A stretch of 64,000 nt of DNA from Patescibacteria group bacterium (GCA_041666145.1 JBAYHK010000002.1:64260-128259), one strand, 5' to 3'; positions 47,101 to 56,917 are shown, counted from the first letter of the stretch. The notes: a model not told the origin generated them from the sequence alone. Translations and numbers: made by a program.

Positions 47101-47539
47101 CAATGCCGTCAGCCGCATTTTCAAATGATGCCCTGCGCTCACCGACTGTATTTTCTATATTTGCAGCTGCTGCAAGATTCGTATCAACACCATCAATGAC
47201 TTCTCGCCATGCCCGCCATGGATCTTCTTCAGATTCAGAAGATTCAACCTTCTTTCCATGAATTGCTGCTGCTTCAGCGGCAGCAAATACAACTTTAAGC
47301 TTTTCAAATCTCGCTAAAGCTTCTTCACCTAAATCATTTTGATTTTCGTTAAAAAATCCAATCTCAGTCTCAACATCTTTTAAAAAAATAAAATTCTTAT
47401 CCGTGAATTCCTTCGAATTCTGCAAACCATCAAGTCTCCCAAAGACAGCATCAGAAAAAGTTAAAAAACTTCTCTCAACAGGATTCGGTAACTTCTCAGC
47501 TCTAGAATCGATTCCCTCTGGTTTTTTTTTCTTAGCCAT
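44195..47539 (-). CDS. Large hypothetical protein (1114 aa), mostly alpha-helical/acidic, with a Pro-rich PEPxPEP low-complexity linker
   Basis: Long uninterrupted ORF. Internal (PEPIPEPEPAPEPIPEPEP) repeats. No TM or signal peptide seen. Confidence 0.75.
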   Translation of the reverse strand: MAKKKKPEGIDSRAEKLPNPVERSFLTFSDAVFGRLDGLQNSKEFTDKNFIFLKDVETEIGFFNENQNDLGEEALARFEKLKVVFAAAEAAAIHGKKVESSESEEDPWRAWREVIDGVDTNLAAAANIENTVGERRASFENAADGIAVLREGLNANTERLETEGVEIDGVPELVNLRLECERLEAALAAYETNFNPSIESSEVQEPTEDLMDENARREIGEHFLAAIEALNARIEDIHTMPVGSDDEIAAVQRVIDQFILDVGLYRDDWEKVIHPILDRFGDSRRPDGWADLVNVHKELRTNVNKLDGEWRFFLSQKEEGKRSEVWKQKFPGFELQVAQLKMNILDARLKVGDERKIVMEALLKEAKALEIDWEVNICPFSPEDRTHGRGSDANIYTSVLKNVVADLEGYISKSLEIRSVGMKRVFKDWYRQVACMDFLWNEGSSNDVHAARAERAGFLERITHEVILDADEEFVRLVPEARREEFKSLIGSSAVYRELFTAIPAQDNNVDPLVSGKEENAEAKAAADLASVVNASAPSTSDDSLLPLPPTSDPIDTAAVNVSPSDSLAPEVSAETPPIENLPDLRAEAIKSHAEEVRKILRDDMFWEEERPQSKRGQMIGTLLRWPIGDRRMSVIKGVRPDRAEDFVYATEFTSLDDLKARIAALKEKYRAEEAVSAVPAPVPEPPIVKAPEPGPVLEPEPMPTSESAPVLVPEVALVAAPSPEPIPEPEPAPEPIPEPEPIIAPVLVAPVIPTPELVPIPVRRDELLHAEERVSSWAKNIREKVGGWFGKGIGDYVAMEVTGERSEREGTDEKMSRGEAIVRGTASVFSVVGKVFGFKSLVDVPRYFTQSYCNANERAYLQEQILSAMEHEVRTRVRGADPEVQTRANIEASDRLRRAIETSPKSEEDFPRAQREAMIKQLDAMRGKYQERNRETMAARSREVAEIIEKGIVPRVSGWQASKEVANSALRVLSLSGIGVGIEAVRGVTYGVMSFREKFEAVAKREKNTGVVANIATVFRETWQTTWKKLTATARTSTERVLNIAEALSTIATVVGMTGITVGGLEEALPGLRAAGVAAEGGVGQMATEARLAIQEHIEKMLPALERMAKRGA

Positions 47540-47542
47540 ACT

Positions 47543-47896
47543 TTAATTCTTTGCTCTTTCAGCTTTACGTAAATCTTCAACAAGCCCGGCAATACCTTGG
47601 GTAAATTCATTGTCTGCTTCAGCTTGAATTGCGGCGTATTTTTCCAAAACGGTTCGAATACTTTGTAAAACGTCGGCGACCTCTGCTTTTGCAGCTTTTT
47701 CTACAGCGCCATCAAGGACAGCTGCAAACCGAGAAAGCTGGTCAAGCCGCATTTCTGGAATAAGAACGGCCCATGCCGCCTTTTGCGCTTCTGGCAAAGA
47801 AGAAGCTGAAAGTGCTTCGGCGAGCAAAGTCGCAAGGTTCCGAGCCTCTTGCTGCAATGCAGCAATATCTGAGGATTGAGAGGATTTCATGCGCAC
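47543..47896 (-). CDS. Small coiled-coil protein (117 aa), 4 nt upstream of the 1114-aa gene
   Basis: ORF track; Ala/Glu/Leu-rich. Confidence 0.55.
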   Translation of the reverse strand: MRMKSSQSSDIAALQQEARNLATLLAEALSASSLPEAQKAAWAVLIPEMRLDQLSRFAAVLDGAVEKAAKAEVADVLQSIRTVLEKYAAIQAEADNEFTQGIAGLVEDLRKAERAKN

Positions 47897-47991
47897 AGTA
47901 TATCTCAGTTTGACCTCCGAACTTTGAGGGACTATGTTCAGAAGTACGGCTCGTCACACCAAAGTCATCCAGGTATCATAGCTGTGTACTT

Positions 47992-49470
47992 ATGGACACC
48001 ACAAACTTCGCAGATCTTAAACGACGCCTTGATGCCAACTACCAGCCTGCTGATGTTGACGTTATTCGACGAGCATACGACTACGCCCAATCCGCTCATG
48101 AAGGGCAGCTTCGTGCTACTGGCGAACCGTACTTTATTCATTGTTTTGCAGTAGGCTTGAAACTAGCAGATCTTAAATTACCAAGTGAAGTTATTGCCGC
48201 TGGAATCTTGCATGACGTTCCAGAAGATACAAAAAAAACGGTAGAAGATTTGCGTGCCGAATTCGGAGACGACATCGCAAACATGGTAAGTGCGATCACG
48301 AAACTTGGTCACGTCAAATATCGTGGTGAAGAACGCTACGTTCAAAATCTTCGCAAAATGTTCGTTGCCATGGCAGAAGATGTTCGAGTTATCTTTATTA
48401 AATTCGCAGATCGCATGCACAATTTGGAAACGCTTTACGCGCTTCCGGAACATAAACGACTCCGCATTGCTAAAGAAGTTCTAGAAATCTACGCGCCAAT
48501 CGCGAATAGGCTTGGCATGGGTGAATACCGCGGGCAATTTGAAGATTACGCCTTTAAATACATCGAACCGAAAGAATACGGCTGGACAAAGCATCTTCTT
48601 GAAGAACGAGTGAAAAAATTCGGACCGTCGCTAGAAAGTGCCATGCGTCGAGTAAATATTGAATTGCATAGCAATAGCATTCAGCACATCGACATCCACG
48701 GACGAGTGAAACATTGCTACAGTCTATGGCGAAAACTTCAAAAATATAAAAATGACATGGGTAAGATTTACGACATTGTTGCCATGCGCATTGTTGTAAA
48801 AGACATTACCGATTGTTATGCAGTTCTCGGCCTACTTCATGGCCTATATACCCCATTACCTGGCCGCATTAAAGACTACATTGCCCAACCAAAACCAAAC
48901 GGCTACCAGTCGCTCCACACTACAGTCTTCGATGAAACTGGATCGATTTTAGAATTTCAAATCCGCACACAAGAAATGCATGAAGAAAGTGAGTATGGAG
49001 TTGCAGCACACTGGAGATACAAACAGGGAGCAACAAAGGAGGAGCGAAATGTTGCATGGATGGAAGAACTTTCTAGAATCCAAAAAGAGTTAACAACTGC
49101 CGATTTCATGACACATCTGAACGAGCTCAAACTCGACATGTTTCAAGACAGAATTTTTGTATTCACTCCAAAAGGCGACGTTATCGACCTTCCAGAAGAT
49201 TCAACGCCAATCGACATGGCATATGCTATTCATACAGAAATCGGCAACAAAGTTGCACAAGCAAAAGTAAATGGAGAAATTGCCTCGCTAGACAAAACAC
49301 TTTTAAGCGGAGACGTTTGCGAACTTATTATCGACAAAAATCGTAAGTCACCGAATAAAGACTGGTTGAAATTCGTAAAAACTCGTCATGCAAAAAGCAA
49401 AATCCGCGCAGCGCTCAGTGCGGCACAACGCGGACTCCTCTCTACAATCTGGGGAAAAATGAAAAGATAA
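47992..49470 (+). CDS. rel: Bifunctional (p)ppGpp synthetase/hydrolase, short form (HD hydrolase + synthetase + TGS; no ACT/RIS C-terminal domains)
   Basis: HD motif (ILHDVPEDT), synthetase motif (…YQSLHTTV…), TGS-like C-terminus. 492 aa. Confidence 0.88.
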   Translation: MDTTNFADLKRRLDANYQPADVDVIRRAYDYAQSAHEGQLRATGEPYFIHCFAVGLKLADLKLPSEVIAAGILHDVPEDTKKTVEDLRAEFGDDIANMVSAITKLGHVKYRGEERYVQNLRKMFVAMAEDVRVIFIKFADRMHNLETLYALPEHKRLRIAKEVLEIYAPIANRLGMGEYRGQFEDYAFKYIEPKEYGWTKHLLEERVKKFGPSLESAMRRVNIELHSNSIQHIDIHGRVKHCYSLWRKLQKYKNDMGKIYDIVAMRIVVKDITDCYAVLGLLHGLYTPLPGRIKDYIAQPKPNGYQSLHTTVFDETGSILEFQIRTQEMHEESEYGVAAHWRYKQGATKEERNVAWMEELSRIQKELTTADFMTHLNELKLDMFQDRIFVFTPKGDVIDLPEDSTPIDMAYAIHTEIGNKVAQAKVNGEIASLDKTLLSGDVCELIIDKNRKSPNKDWLKFVKTRHAKSKIRAALSAAQRGLLSTIWGKMKR

Positions 49471-49471
49471 T

Positions 49472-50419
49472 TTACAGAGCATCATGCAGACGACGAACCA
49501 TGTCTGCAAGATCTTCTTTCGAGTAGCAATGAATCGCAATGGTTCCTTCGGCACCTTTTACATCAATCGTGACTTTTGTTCCTAATTTTTCTCGAAGAGT
49601 TTCTTCGAGCGCAATAATATTTGGATCTTTTTGTGACTTTGCTCGACGAGATGTCGACTCCTCTGCATTTCTTACCGAAACTCCCCCATTCAACATCCGT
49701 GCAAATAATGCACGACGACGTTCTTCATTCGATTCTGAAAGAAGTGTTCGTGCATGGCTCTTTGAAATACGTCCATCGATAACTGCGACGAGCATGTCTG
49801 ACGGTAACTCAAGCAGACGAACAACATTCGCAATCTGCGAACGACTTTTCCCTACGCGTCCGGCAACGTCTTCTTGCGTTAGCCCAAAGTCTTCCATGAG
49901 CTGCCGGTATGCTCGAGCCTCTTCTACCGCATTCAAGTCTGCGCGCTGAATGTTCTCAATTAAGGCTAGTTCAAGCTTCTGCTGATCATTTGCCTTTCTC
50001 ACAATGACCGGCACTGTTGCGAGTCCTACTGCTCGGGCTGCGCGCAAACGTCGTTCGCCTGAAATAAGTTCATAAATGCCGGTAGCTAGCTCTGTAACAA
50101 CCAATGGCTGCAAAATTCCATGCTCCTTTATGCTCGCAACAAGATCTGAAAGTTCTTCAGCTGCAAAATACTGTCGCGGCTGACGCGGGTTTGCGACAAT
50201 GTCATTCGGCGAAATCTGAAGAAGGCGGTCATTATTTGCCGTATTCTCTAAACGTGGCATTGGCTGTACATGCACAGTTTGCAACGACTCATGATGTGCC
50301 TCCTCTGATGTTGACGGTTGAATTGCGATCGGAAAAGAAACATCACTCATTGATTGATGATTCGTAGACGGGAGCAACGCACCAAGACCGCGACCAAGTC
50401 CTCCTTGTATTTTCTGCAT
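49472..50419 (-). CDS. parB: Chromosome partitioning protein ParB (Spo0J)
   Basis: GRGLGALL N-terminus, ParB box (…LQPLVV…GERRLRAA…), HTH. Confidence 0.9.
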   Translation of the reverse strand: MQKIQGGLGRGLGALLPSTNHQSMSDVSFPIAIQPSTSEEAHHESLQTVHVQPMPRLENTANNDRLLQISPNDIVANPRQPRQYFAAEELSDLVASIKEHGILQPLVVTELATGIYELISGERRLRAARAVGLATVPVIVRKANDQQKLELALIENIQRADLNAVEEARAYRQLMEDFGLTQEDVAGRVGKSRSQIANVVRLLELPSDMLVAVIDGRISKSHARTLLSESNEERRRALFARMLNGGVSVRNAEESTSRRAKSQKDPNIIALEETLREKLGTKVTIDVKGAEGTIAIHCYSKEDLADMVRRLHDAL

Positions 50420-50420
50420 A

Positions 50421-51206
50421 TTACATGGTTACAGTTGCTGCACCAGACTCTTCTCGAACCAGAAATTCTCGTGCAAGTCTTTCATATGCCTTTGCTGCTT
50501 TTGATTCTGGATCGTAATGCAGAATAGATTTCCCAAAACTTGGAGCTTCTGCAAGTCGCACGCTTCGCGGAATAACTGAACGAAAAATCTTTCCTGGAAA
50601 ATGTTTGTAGAGCTCTTGCAAAACCTGATTCGACAAATTTGTTCGCGGATCAAACATTGTTATGACTGCCCCCATGATGCCAAGCTCTGGCTTGATGTGC
50701 TGACGAACAAGATTCACGGTATGCATAAGCTGACCTAGTCCTTCAAGGGCATAGTATTCGGCTTGCACTGGAATAAGCACGCTGTCGCTTGCAACAAGCC
50801 CGTTTATTGTAAGTAGCCCAAGCGAAGGAGCATTGTCAATCAAAATATAGTCATAATCATTACGCACCGACGCCAATGCCTGCTCAAGCTTTCGCTCACG
50901 ATTAAACTCAGAAACGAGTTCAACAGAAGATCCTGCCAAATCTGGACTTCCTGGTAATAATGCCAATCCAGGATGCGCAGTTCCAACAATCAAATCTTTC
51001 ACCTGATGCGTTCCAGCAATCGCCTCATATGTTCCAGAAAGCTCAGAAGGATTATGACCAAAACCGCTCGTTGCATTGCCTTGTGGGTCTAAATCAACCA
51101 AGAGAACAGCCTTACCAAGATGCGAAAGATATGCAGCTAAATTCATTGACGTTGTGGTCTTTCCTACACCACCTTTTTGGTTCACGATCGAGACAATATG
51201 CGCCAT
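50421..51206 (-). CDS. parA: Chromosome partitioning ATPase ParA (Soj)
   Basis: Deviant Walker A NQKGGVGKTTT. 261 aa; 1-nt spacing to parB. Confidence 0.9.
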   Translation of the reverse strand: MAHIVSIVNQKGGVGKTTTSMNLAAYLSHLGKAVLLVDLDPQGNATSGFGHNPSELSGTYEAIAGTHQVKDLIVGTAHPGLALLPGSPDLAGSSVELVSEFNRERKLEQALASVRNDYDYILIDNAPSLGLLTINGLVASDSVLIPVQAEYYALEGLGQLMHTVNLVRQHIKPELGIMGAVITMFDPRTNLSNQVLQELYKHFPGKIFRSVIPRSVRLAEAPSFGKSILHYDPESKAAKAYERLAREFLVREESGAATVTM

Positions 51207-51227
51207 AGGATTGGCAAAAGTATACCA

Positions 51228-51258
51228 AACAAAAATCCCCGCAGTAAGCAGGGATTTT
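51228..51258 (-). terminator. Rho-independent terminator after tRNA-fMet
   Basis: minus strand: aaaaATCCCTGCttactGCGGGGATttttg. Confidence 0.5.
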
Positions 51259-51335
51259 TGGTTGCGGGGGCCGGATTTGAACCGGCGACCTTCGGGTTAT
51301 GAGCCCGACGAGCTGCCTGGCTGCTCTACCCCGCG
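51259..51335 (-). tRNA. Initiator tRNA-fMet (anticodon CAU), CCA encoded
   Basis: Hand fold: C1xA72 mismatch, three G-C pairs closing the anticodon stem (GGG/CCC), loop CTCATAA, T-arm GCCGG-TTCAAAT-CCGGC, 3' CAACCA. Sequence is nearly identical to the E. coli tRNA-fMet consensus. Confidence 0.85.
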
Positions 51336-51461
51336 ATAGTTGAGTAACGCGGATATTTTGCATGAGTTTTCGAGTGATGTCAATGGAGAATATCTCAAGC
51401 GAATGTTATGCTCTACTCAAATTCTTCATGACTTTCTATGGACACTTCAGGAATGTATCCC

Positions 51462-52232
51462 ATGCCAGACGTCAAACAAACGCCGTCAAAAAATCCTCAA
51501 GTGATCATTGCGATACTCATCATAGGGGTTCTCATCATTGGAAGTGTTGGAGCGTATTTCATGACAAAAAATAGAGATACGGAAAAACTTGGCCTTGAAA
51601 ATGACCTTATAAATTTTCAATCAACCGTTCCATCTTCTGTTGAGATTTTCAAATCAGTAGAAACAAATACCACTCGATACGAAGAAAATGAGCTGTCGAC
51701 ATTAACGTATCTTCAAGCTCATGATGATGAAATAGCATATTGTTCAAAATTTGATGAAAAAACAGATGGAACAACCGTCGCTCAACTTTTGGATCCCGTC
51801 ATAATAAAAGCCATCTCAGACCGTGTTGGAGAATCAATCACCATTCCACTTTCTGAAAAACTCAAAATAATCATGGGTATTGATAATGGACTTTTAACGG
51901 ACCTCTGTAACTATAACGGGGACGTATGGGGGCTTATTCTTTCTTCAGACCTTCAAACAATGATTCCGTATCACTTTACTGAATCTGAAGGGGAATATTT
52001 CTTAAATGCATACAATCCATTCTTAACTCAAGGCGGATACGGATCACTCTTTTTTGATCACATCCCAAATAGAATCGTTGCAGCAACAGGCTATTCAGAA
52101 GATGGATTACTCGAATGGGAATACTACATCCTCGATGGAGAAAGTGGAGCTACTGACCTCATCGAGTCCTGTAATCAAAAAGTAGAAGAAACCCTGACCA
52201 CATTAGAGTGCGCCCGAGAATACATACCTTAA
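51462..52232 (+). CDS. Hypothetical secreted/membrane-anchored protein
   Basis: AGGA 9 nt upstream of the ATG at 51462 (MPDVKQ…); N-terminal signal-anchor IIAILIIGVLIIGSVGAYF. Track start 51438. Confidence 0.6.
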   Translation: MPDVKQTPSKNPQVIIAILIIGVLIIGSVGAYFMTKNRDTEKLGLENDLINFQSTVPSSVEIFKSVETNTTRYEENELSTLTYLQAHDDEIAYCSKFDEKTDGTTVAQLLDPVIIKAISDRVGESITIPLSEKLKIIMGIDNGLLTDLCNYNGDVWGLILSSDLQTMIPYHFTESEGEYFLNAYNPFLTQGGYGSLFFDHIPNRIVAATGYSEDGLLEWEYYILDGESGATDLIESCNQKVEETLTTLECAREYIP

Positions 52233-52301
52233 GAAAAAAATCTTTTTCAAAAGTAAGGCGACGCTAGGGTAAAAACCCCGGCGTCGCTTGCGTTTTCGTA
52301 G

Positions 52302-54071
52302 CTATGGAATGCTTACTTGAAGTCCACATCCATCGCTTCCAGGATCTTCAACCACAGAAACATCAATCTCGGTGCCGTTATAACGTGCAAACGGCGTGCC
52401 GGTAAGTTCTCCTGGAGGAAAGGGTCCAAGACAGCTCCAGTTTTCGACAGCGTCGACTGCGAAGGCGTACGAGTATCGAAAGCTATCACGAGATCCCATG
52501 TCTGCGATACTGAAGTACAGTTCATCGCTCCAAGTACTCCACGTGATGTTCTGAGTCCAACCGTATCCGTAGTTGTTCTCGTTGGTGAACTCGCCAGAAA
52601 TCGTAATCCAGTCTGCCTCTTGCTCGAGATGCCACCAGATTTCGAGGCCAACACCAGACACTGCCCCTGGTACCCATTCTTCACTCTCAACTCCCCCAAC
52701 GCCTTCGCCAGGGTACGTTCCTGGAACATCTTCTGTGTCACCGCCGCACGTTGTCACGTCGTTGTTCGCGATGCAGTACGAATCCGTTTCGCAATTTCCA
52801 ACGATGTCCACGAGATCATCGAAGTCTCGTTCCGAGAGTTCATACACGGTCCGATTCGCAAACCCCATCAGAAGGAATGTGTCCCAGTTCGCAACCGGGA
52901 TCGCTGCTCCGCCTTCCATGACGTACACATCGGAATATTCTACGGTAGAGACTAAACTTCCGTCGCGAAACGTTGCCAGTTCCATCAACGCCGGATAGTT
53001 CGATAGGGACAATCCAACAGACGAAGACGACGGAAGACTCGAAAGACTCGTCGCCGAAATCCCCCACGTTGCCAATACCGTCGTCGCACCAGCAGAGATG
53101 ATATTTTGCCTGTAACGATTCGGGTCTGTAGGAGAACCAACAAGGAGCCAGGCACCGATCGAGGACGAGTCATACACTGCAGTTACCATACCGTCTGTTC
53201 GAACAGCGTCACCCATCGCGAAACACGAAGTCTCGTCGCTCGAGATGAGAACGATGTCATCCCAGTCGTACTTCCAGCTGGTAAATGCGCCCTCGTTGAG
53301 GAACGGACGCATCGTGAACCCGTCAAGCAAGTACACGGTCGACGAATCTGGCAGCTTAAGCAAGCTTCCTGAAGGATGCCACTGTGGAGTCGGAAGCGTG
53401 GATTGGTAGGTATGCCCAGTAGAGATATCACACGAAAGTTCCGTGGTCATCTTGGTCACCGAAGCACCGATCGATTCATCGATCGCATTGAAAGCCAGAG
53501 CGTTCAATGATGTTCCGTACTCACCCTTCAGCAAAGCACTTCCACTGTGACGGCCAATGTGGACATGGTCACCACTCGCCATTCCGGTGTGACCCTCGAA
53601 TCCGAGAAGTTGCCCGGCAGCGACCTCTTCTCCGTTGTCGACGAAGATGTCATCAAGATGCGCAAGAATGACGTATGTGCCGTCGCCCTGGTCGATATTA
53701 ATGTGTTCTCCGTAGTTTCTGGTTCGACTTTCGGTGTGCGTGTAGGCGACGCCACCAACCGGCGCGAACACGGGATCTCTTTTGTCATTGGGCGTATCGA
53801 AGTCGACGTCGTATCTGGTCGAACTGGATGTGTGCGAGTAACCACCGTTCGCTCCTTGCGGACACGTCGCCTCATACCCAGTAAAGAACGGGAGTTCGAT
53901 GGTGAGAAGATCGACTCCGCCACCGATCATACCGACGTCCTCAATTGATGAATCGTCAACGAAAGACACTTCGCTGACAGGGAGACCGACTCTGCATCCA
54001 GCAATAAAAATTGCGAAGCAGAAGACCAAGCGCCACATCACGAAAATACTCAATACCTTGTTTCTGAACAT
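52302..54071 (-). CDS. Lipoprotein M23 (LytM) family peptidase with large C-terminal beta-rich extension; GC-rich (~55%)
   Basis: AGGAGG SD before the ATG at 54071. Lipobox-like FAIFIAGC. M23 motifs …YGEHINIDQGDGTYVILAHL… and GHTGMASGDHVHIG (HxH). Confidence 0.8.
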   Translation of the reverse strand: MFRNKVLSIFVMWRLVFCFAIFIAGCRVGLPVSEVSFVDDSSIEDVGMIGGGVDLLTIELPFFTGYEATCPQGANGGYSHTSSSTRYDVDFDTPNDKRDPVFAPVGGVAYTHTESRTRNYGEHINIDQGDGTYVILAHLDDIFVDNGEEVAAGQLLGFEGHTGMASGDHVHIGRHSGSALLKGEYGTSLNALAFNAIDESIGASVTKMTTELSCDISTGHTYQSTLPTPQWHPSGSLLKLPDSSTVYLLDGFTMRPFLNEGAFTSWKYDWDDIVLISSDETSCFAMGDAVRTDGMVTAVYDSSSIGAWLLVGSPTDPNRYRQNIISAGATTVLATWGISATSLSSLPSSSSVGLSLSNYPALMELATFRDGSLVSTVEYSDVYVMEGGAAIPVANWDTFLLMGFANRTVYELSERDFDDLVDIVGNCETDSYCIANNDVTTCGGDTEDVPGTYPGEGVGGVESEEWVPGAVSGVGLEIWWHLEQEADWITISGEFTNENNYGYGWTQNITWSTWSDELYFSIADMGSRDSFRYSYAFAVDAVENWSCLGPFPPGELTGTPFARYNGTEIDVSVVEDPGSDGCGLQVSIP

Positions 54072-54448
54072 GAAACCTCCTCACGGTGACGAGGCACGAT
54101 AATCACCATGATCGCGTGCCCCTCCTTCATGGAGACAGAAAGAGGGGCGAACGATCTTGCGACAACGGTCCAGAGCAATTTGCTCCCCATAATCAATCGC
54201 TCTGGACCGCGAAGAACAAAATCCATAACGTCGCTGCAAACACCTGATGAGCATGTTTTCGATGCGTTCGTCATCGAGATATTCTTCCCTGTTGCTTGTG
54301 GACGATCGGCCTGAAACGTCCTGCAATCATCCTGACAAAGCAACATGCAATCGACAAACGATTTTTCTCACTCAAAAGAAAAGTTCGTCGGACTATTTCC
54401 AACGAACTTTTCAAAACTTACATTTTCTACAACTAAAGCGTGTTCTTT

Positions 54449-55888
54449 CTATCGGGATGTCTCCGATGACGCATGAGGATATTCTTCTACAAATCGTTCC
54501 TTGTTCAAATACATTCCAATATCTCCGATCAATATACGTCCGCTTTCGCCAACCTGCTCCATACTATCGCGATGACGCAATGTTACCGTTCCATTCTCAA
54601 GCGTGTCATAGTCGATAGTTACACACCACGGCGTACCAACTTCATCCTGACGACGGTATCTCTTTCCAATAGAACCGCTCTCATCGTATTCCGCAGAAAC
54701 TCCCTGCTTTCGTAATTCCTCATAAATTGTCCACGCTTTGTCTGCAAGTCCATCTTTTTTCATGAGCGGCAAGATTGCCACCTTGTACGGTGCCAGATCA
54801 TATGGAAAGGACATAACAACGCGAGTCTCTTTTTCACCTTTCGCCGTCACCACCTCTTCCTCTCGATAAAACTCAAATAACGTTAAAAGGAACAATCGAT
54901 TAAAGCCACCAGAACATTCAACAACAAATGGAACGTATCGCTCATTCGTTTCTGGATCAAAATAACTCAAGTCTTGCCCACTAAACTTTCCGTGCTGATC
55001 AAGATCGTAACTGCCACGATGATGGACTCCTTCAACCTCCTTAAAACCGATCTCTCCAAACTTGTATTCAATATCCCAAGCATCAGAAGCATAAAATGCT
55101 CGCTCATCTTCTGCATGCTGGCGCCATCGAACATTCCCCTCTGAAAGTCCAAGAAACTTTGTATAAAAATCCCAACGATTTGCTTTCCATGCTTCATACT
55201 GAGCATCGGCCTCTGCTGGCTTACAAAAATACTGCACGTCCATCTGTTCAAATTCGCGTGTACGGAACAAAAACTGTTTTACCGTGATTTCATTTCGAAA
55301 TGCTTTTCCAATCTGTGCAATGCCAAATGGCAATTTTCGACGGGTCACCATCTGTGTAGCTTTGTAATCCAAATAAATATTCTGGCAACTCTCACCTTTT
55401 AGATAAACGAGTGATGATTCATCCTCAACCGGGCCAAGATGCGTCTTTACCAAAAGATTAAATCTTTTTGCGTTTGACACCGAGTTACCATCTGGACTCT
55501 TAATCTTATATTCTGCAATAACCTCATCGACCTGTTCCGGAGTTAATGCACCAGCATTTTCCATAACTCCAGCATCTTCAATAAGATGATCTGCACGAAA
55601 ACGACGATGTGAAACCAAATCTTCAACCAGAAGGTCGGAAAAACCACCAATATGACCAGAAGCCTCCCAAACCTTTGGATGCATAAAGATCGCACCCTCA
55701 ATCTCGACCATGTCTGTTCGACTTGTAACATTCCAATACCGCCAAGCTGCTTCTAAATTCTTTTTCAACAACACCCCGGTCGGACCAAAGTCATACGTTG
55801 CCGCAAAGCCGCCGTAAATTTCGCTCGAAGGAAAAACAAATCCTTTTTGTGCAGAAAAATGCACGATTTTTTCTAAACTTGCTTGCAT
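54449..55888 (-). CDS. glyQS: Glycine--tRNA ligase (alpha2 dimeric, class II)
   Basis: Class II motifs (…GFSDLLVEDL…, FRNE, GGFNRL) and C-terminal anticodon-binding domain. 479 aa. Confidence 0.9.
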   Translation of the reverse strand: MQASLEKIVHFSAQKGFVFPSSEIYGGFAATYDFGPTGVLLKKNLEAAWRYWNVTSRTDMVEIEGAIFMHPKVWEASGHIGGFSDLLVEDLVSHRRFRADHLIEDAGVMENAGALTPEQVDEVIAEYKIKSPDGNSVSNAKRFNLLVKTHLGPVEDESSLVYLKGESCQNIYLDYKATQMVTRRKLPFGIAQIGKAFRNEITVKQFLFRTREFEQMDVQYFCKPAEADAQYEAWKANRWDFYTKFLGLSEGNVRWRQHAEDERAFYASDAWDIEYKFGEIGFKEVEGVHHRGSYDLDQHGKFSGQDLSYFDPETNERYVPFVVECSGGFNRLFLLTLFEFYREEEVVTAKGEKETRVVMSFPYDLAPYKVAILPLMKKDGLADKAWTIYEELRKQGVSAEYDESGSIGKRYRRQDEVGTPWCVTIDYDTLENGTVTLRHRDSMEQVGESGRILIGDIGMYLNKERFVEEYPHASSETSR

Positions 55889-55953
55889 ATGAGTGCCAGT
55901 GTATCCGAAAGTATATAAATCACAAAACCTGCCAACTGGCAGGCTTTTTGTGG

Positions 55954-56295
55954 CTAAGCAAGCTTTAAATGCCGTTTAATGAACTGGATATCTCGATCAT
56001 GTGTTTGCATCTGAGGAATGAGGCCGTCATCGATCAATTCGAGCACAGAAGAGAAACCATCATCCATACGTTTGGTCAACTTTTCTTCAAGCACATCCAT
56101 TCTCCGAATCAGACCAGCTTCAGAAGCTTTCACTGCTGAATGAATCTCATCTCGAATATCTAACCGCAAATCTTCGAGTTTCTGATCAAACTTCTTCTCA
56201 AGCCTCTTTTCTTGTTCCAAAAACATTTTCGGAAGAACATCCTGAAGCACTTCAGTCATAATTCCACGAAAAGCTTTCTGCTGATTGTCTGTCAT
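55954..56295 (-). CDS. Small coiled-coil protein, paralog 1 (C-terminal half ~90% identical to the 56956 gene)
   Basis: ATG at 56295 (MTDNQQKAF…); TTG at 56307 in the track. Shares ASEAGLIRRMDVLEEKLTKRMDDGFSSVLELIDDGLIPQ with paralog 2. Confidence 0.6.
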   Translation of the reverse strand: MTDNQQKAFRGIMTEVLQDVLPKMFLEQEKRLEKKFDQKLEDLRLDIRDEIHSAVKASEAGLIRRMDVLEEKLTKRMDDGFSSVLELIDDGLIPQMQTHDRDIQFIKRHLKLA

Positions 56296-56377
56296 ACGGC
56301 AACGCAATAAAGAATCTTCATGGGGAGTAAGTCGATTCTATCACGGCACCTTTTGTTAAACTAGAAATCATAAATAT

Positions 56378-56917
56378 ATGAATAAACTCTCGCTTAACGA
56401 ACTTCTTACCCTTTTTGACTCTCGACAAAAACTTACGGCAAACGCAATTATTCTGGAATTTTCTGAAACTTTCTTTGAGATATCGGGAAGTGCAACAAAA
56501 CATCAAGTCTGGCCTGATGGTTATATATCTCATCTTGAGGAAACTATGAACATCGCCAGAACATTATTTCAAACGCTCAACAGCCTTCGTCCACTTGAAT
56601 TTTCTGAATCTGACGCTCTCTTTACTCTCTTTCTTCATGATACTGACAAACTTTTTCGCCATTCAATACAAAATGGAAAAATTGTTCAGACATTAACTCA
56701 CGACGAAGCGCAACAAAAATTCTTCGCAATGCTTGAGACGCAATGGAACTACACGCCATCACAACAAGAACAAAACGCACTTCAATATGTTCATGGCGAA
56801 GGTGCCGACTATCACCCAACAAAAAGAGTCATGCAACCACTTGCTGCATTTATTCATTGTTGCGACATAATAAGCGCAAGAATTTGGTTCAACTTTGGCA
56901 AAGAACACGACTCCTAG
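56378..56917 (+). CDS. HD-domain phosphohydrolase (YfbR-like 5'-deoxynucleotidase family)
   Basis: His…HLEE and LFLHDTDK (HD) motifs. 179 aa. Confidence 0.65.
   Translation: MNKLSLNELLTLFDSRQKLTANAIILEFSETFFEISGSATKHQVWPDGYISHLEETMNIARTLFQTLNSLRPLEFSESDALFTLFLHDTDKLFRHSIQNGKIVQTLTHDEAQQKFFAMLETQWNYTPSQQEQNALQYVHGEGADYHPTKRVMQPLAAFIHCCDIISARIWFNFGKEHDS

Noticed and set aside
52317-52998. + strand ORFs (212 and 141 aa) inside the M23 peptidase gene
   Set aside because: Antisense to a gene with clear M23 catalytic motifs and an SD; composition is non-protein-like.
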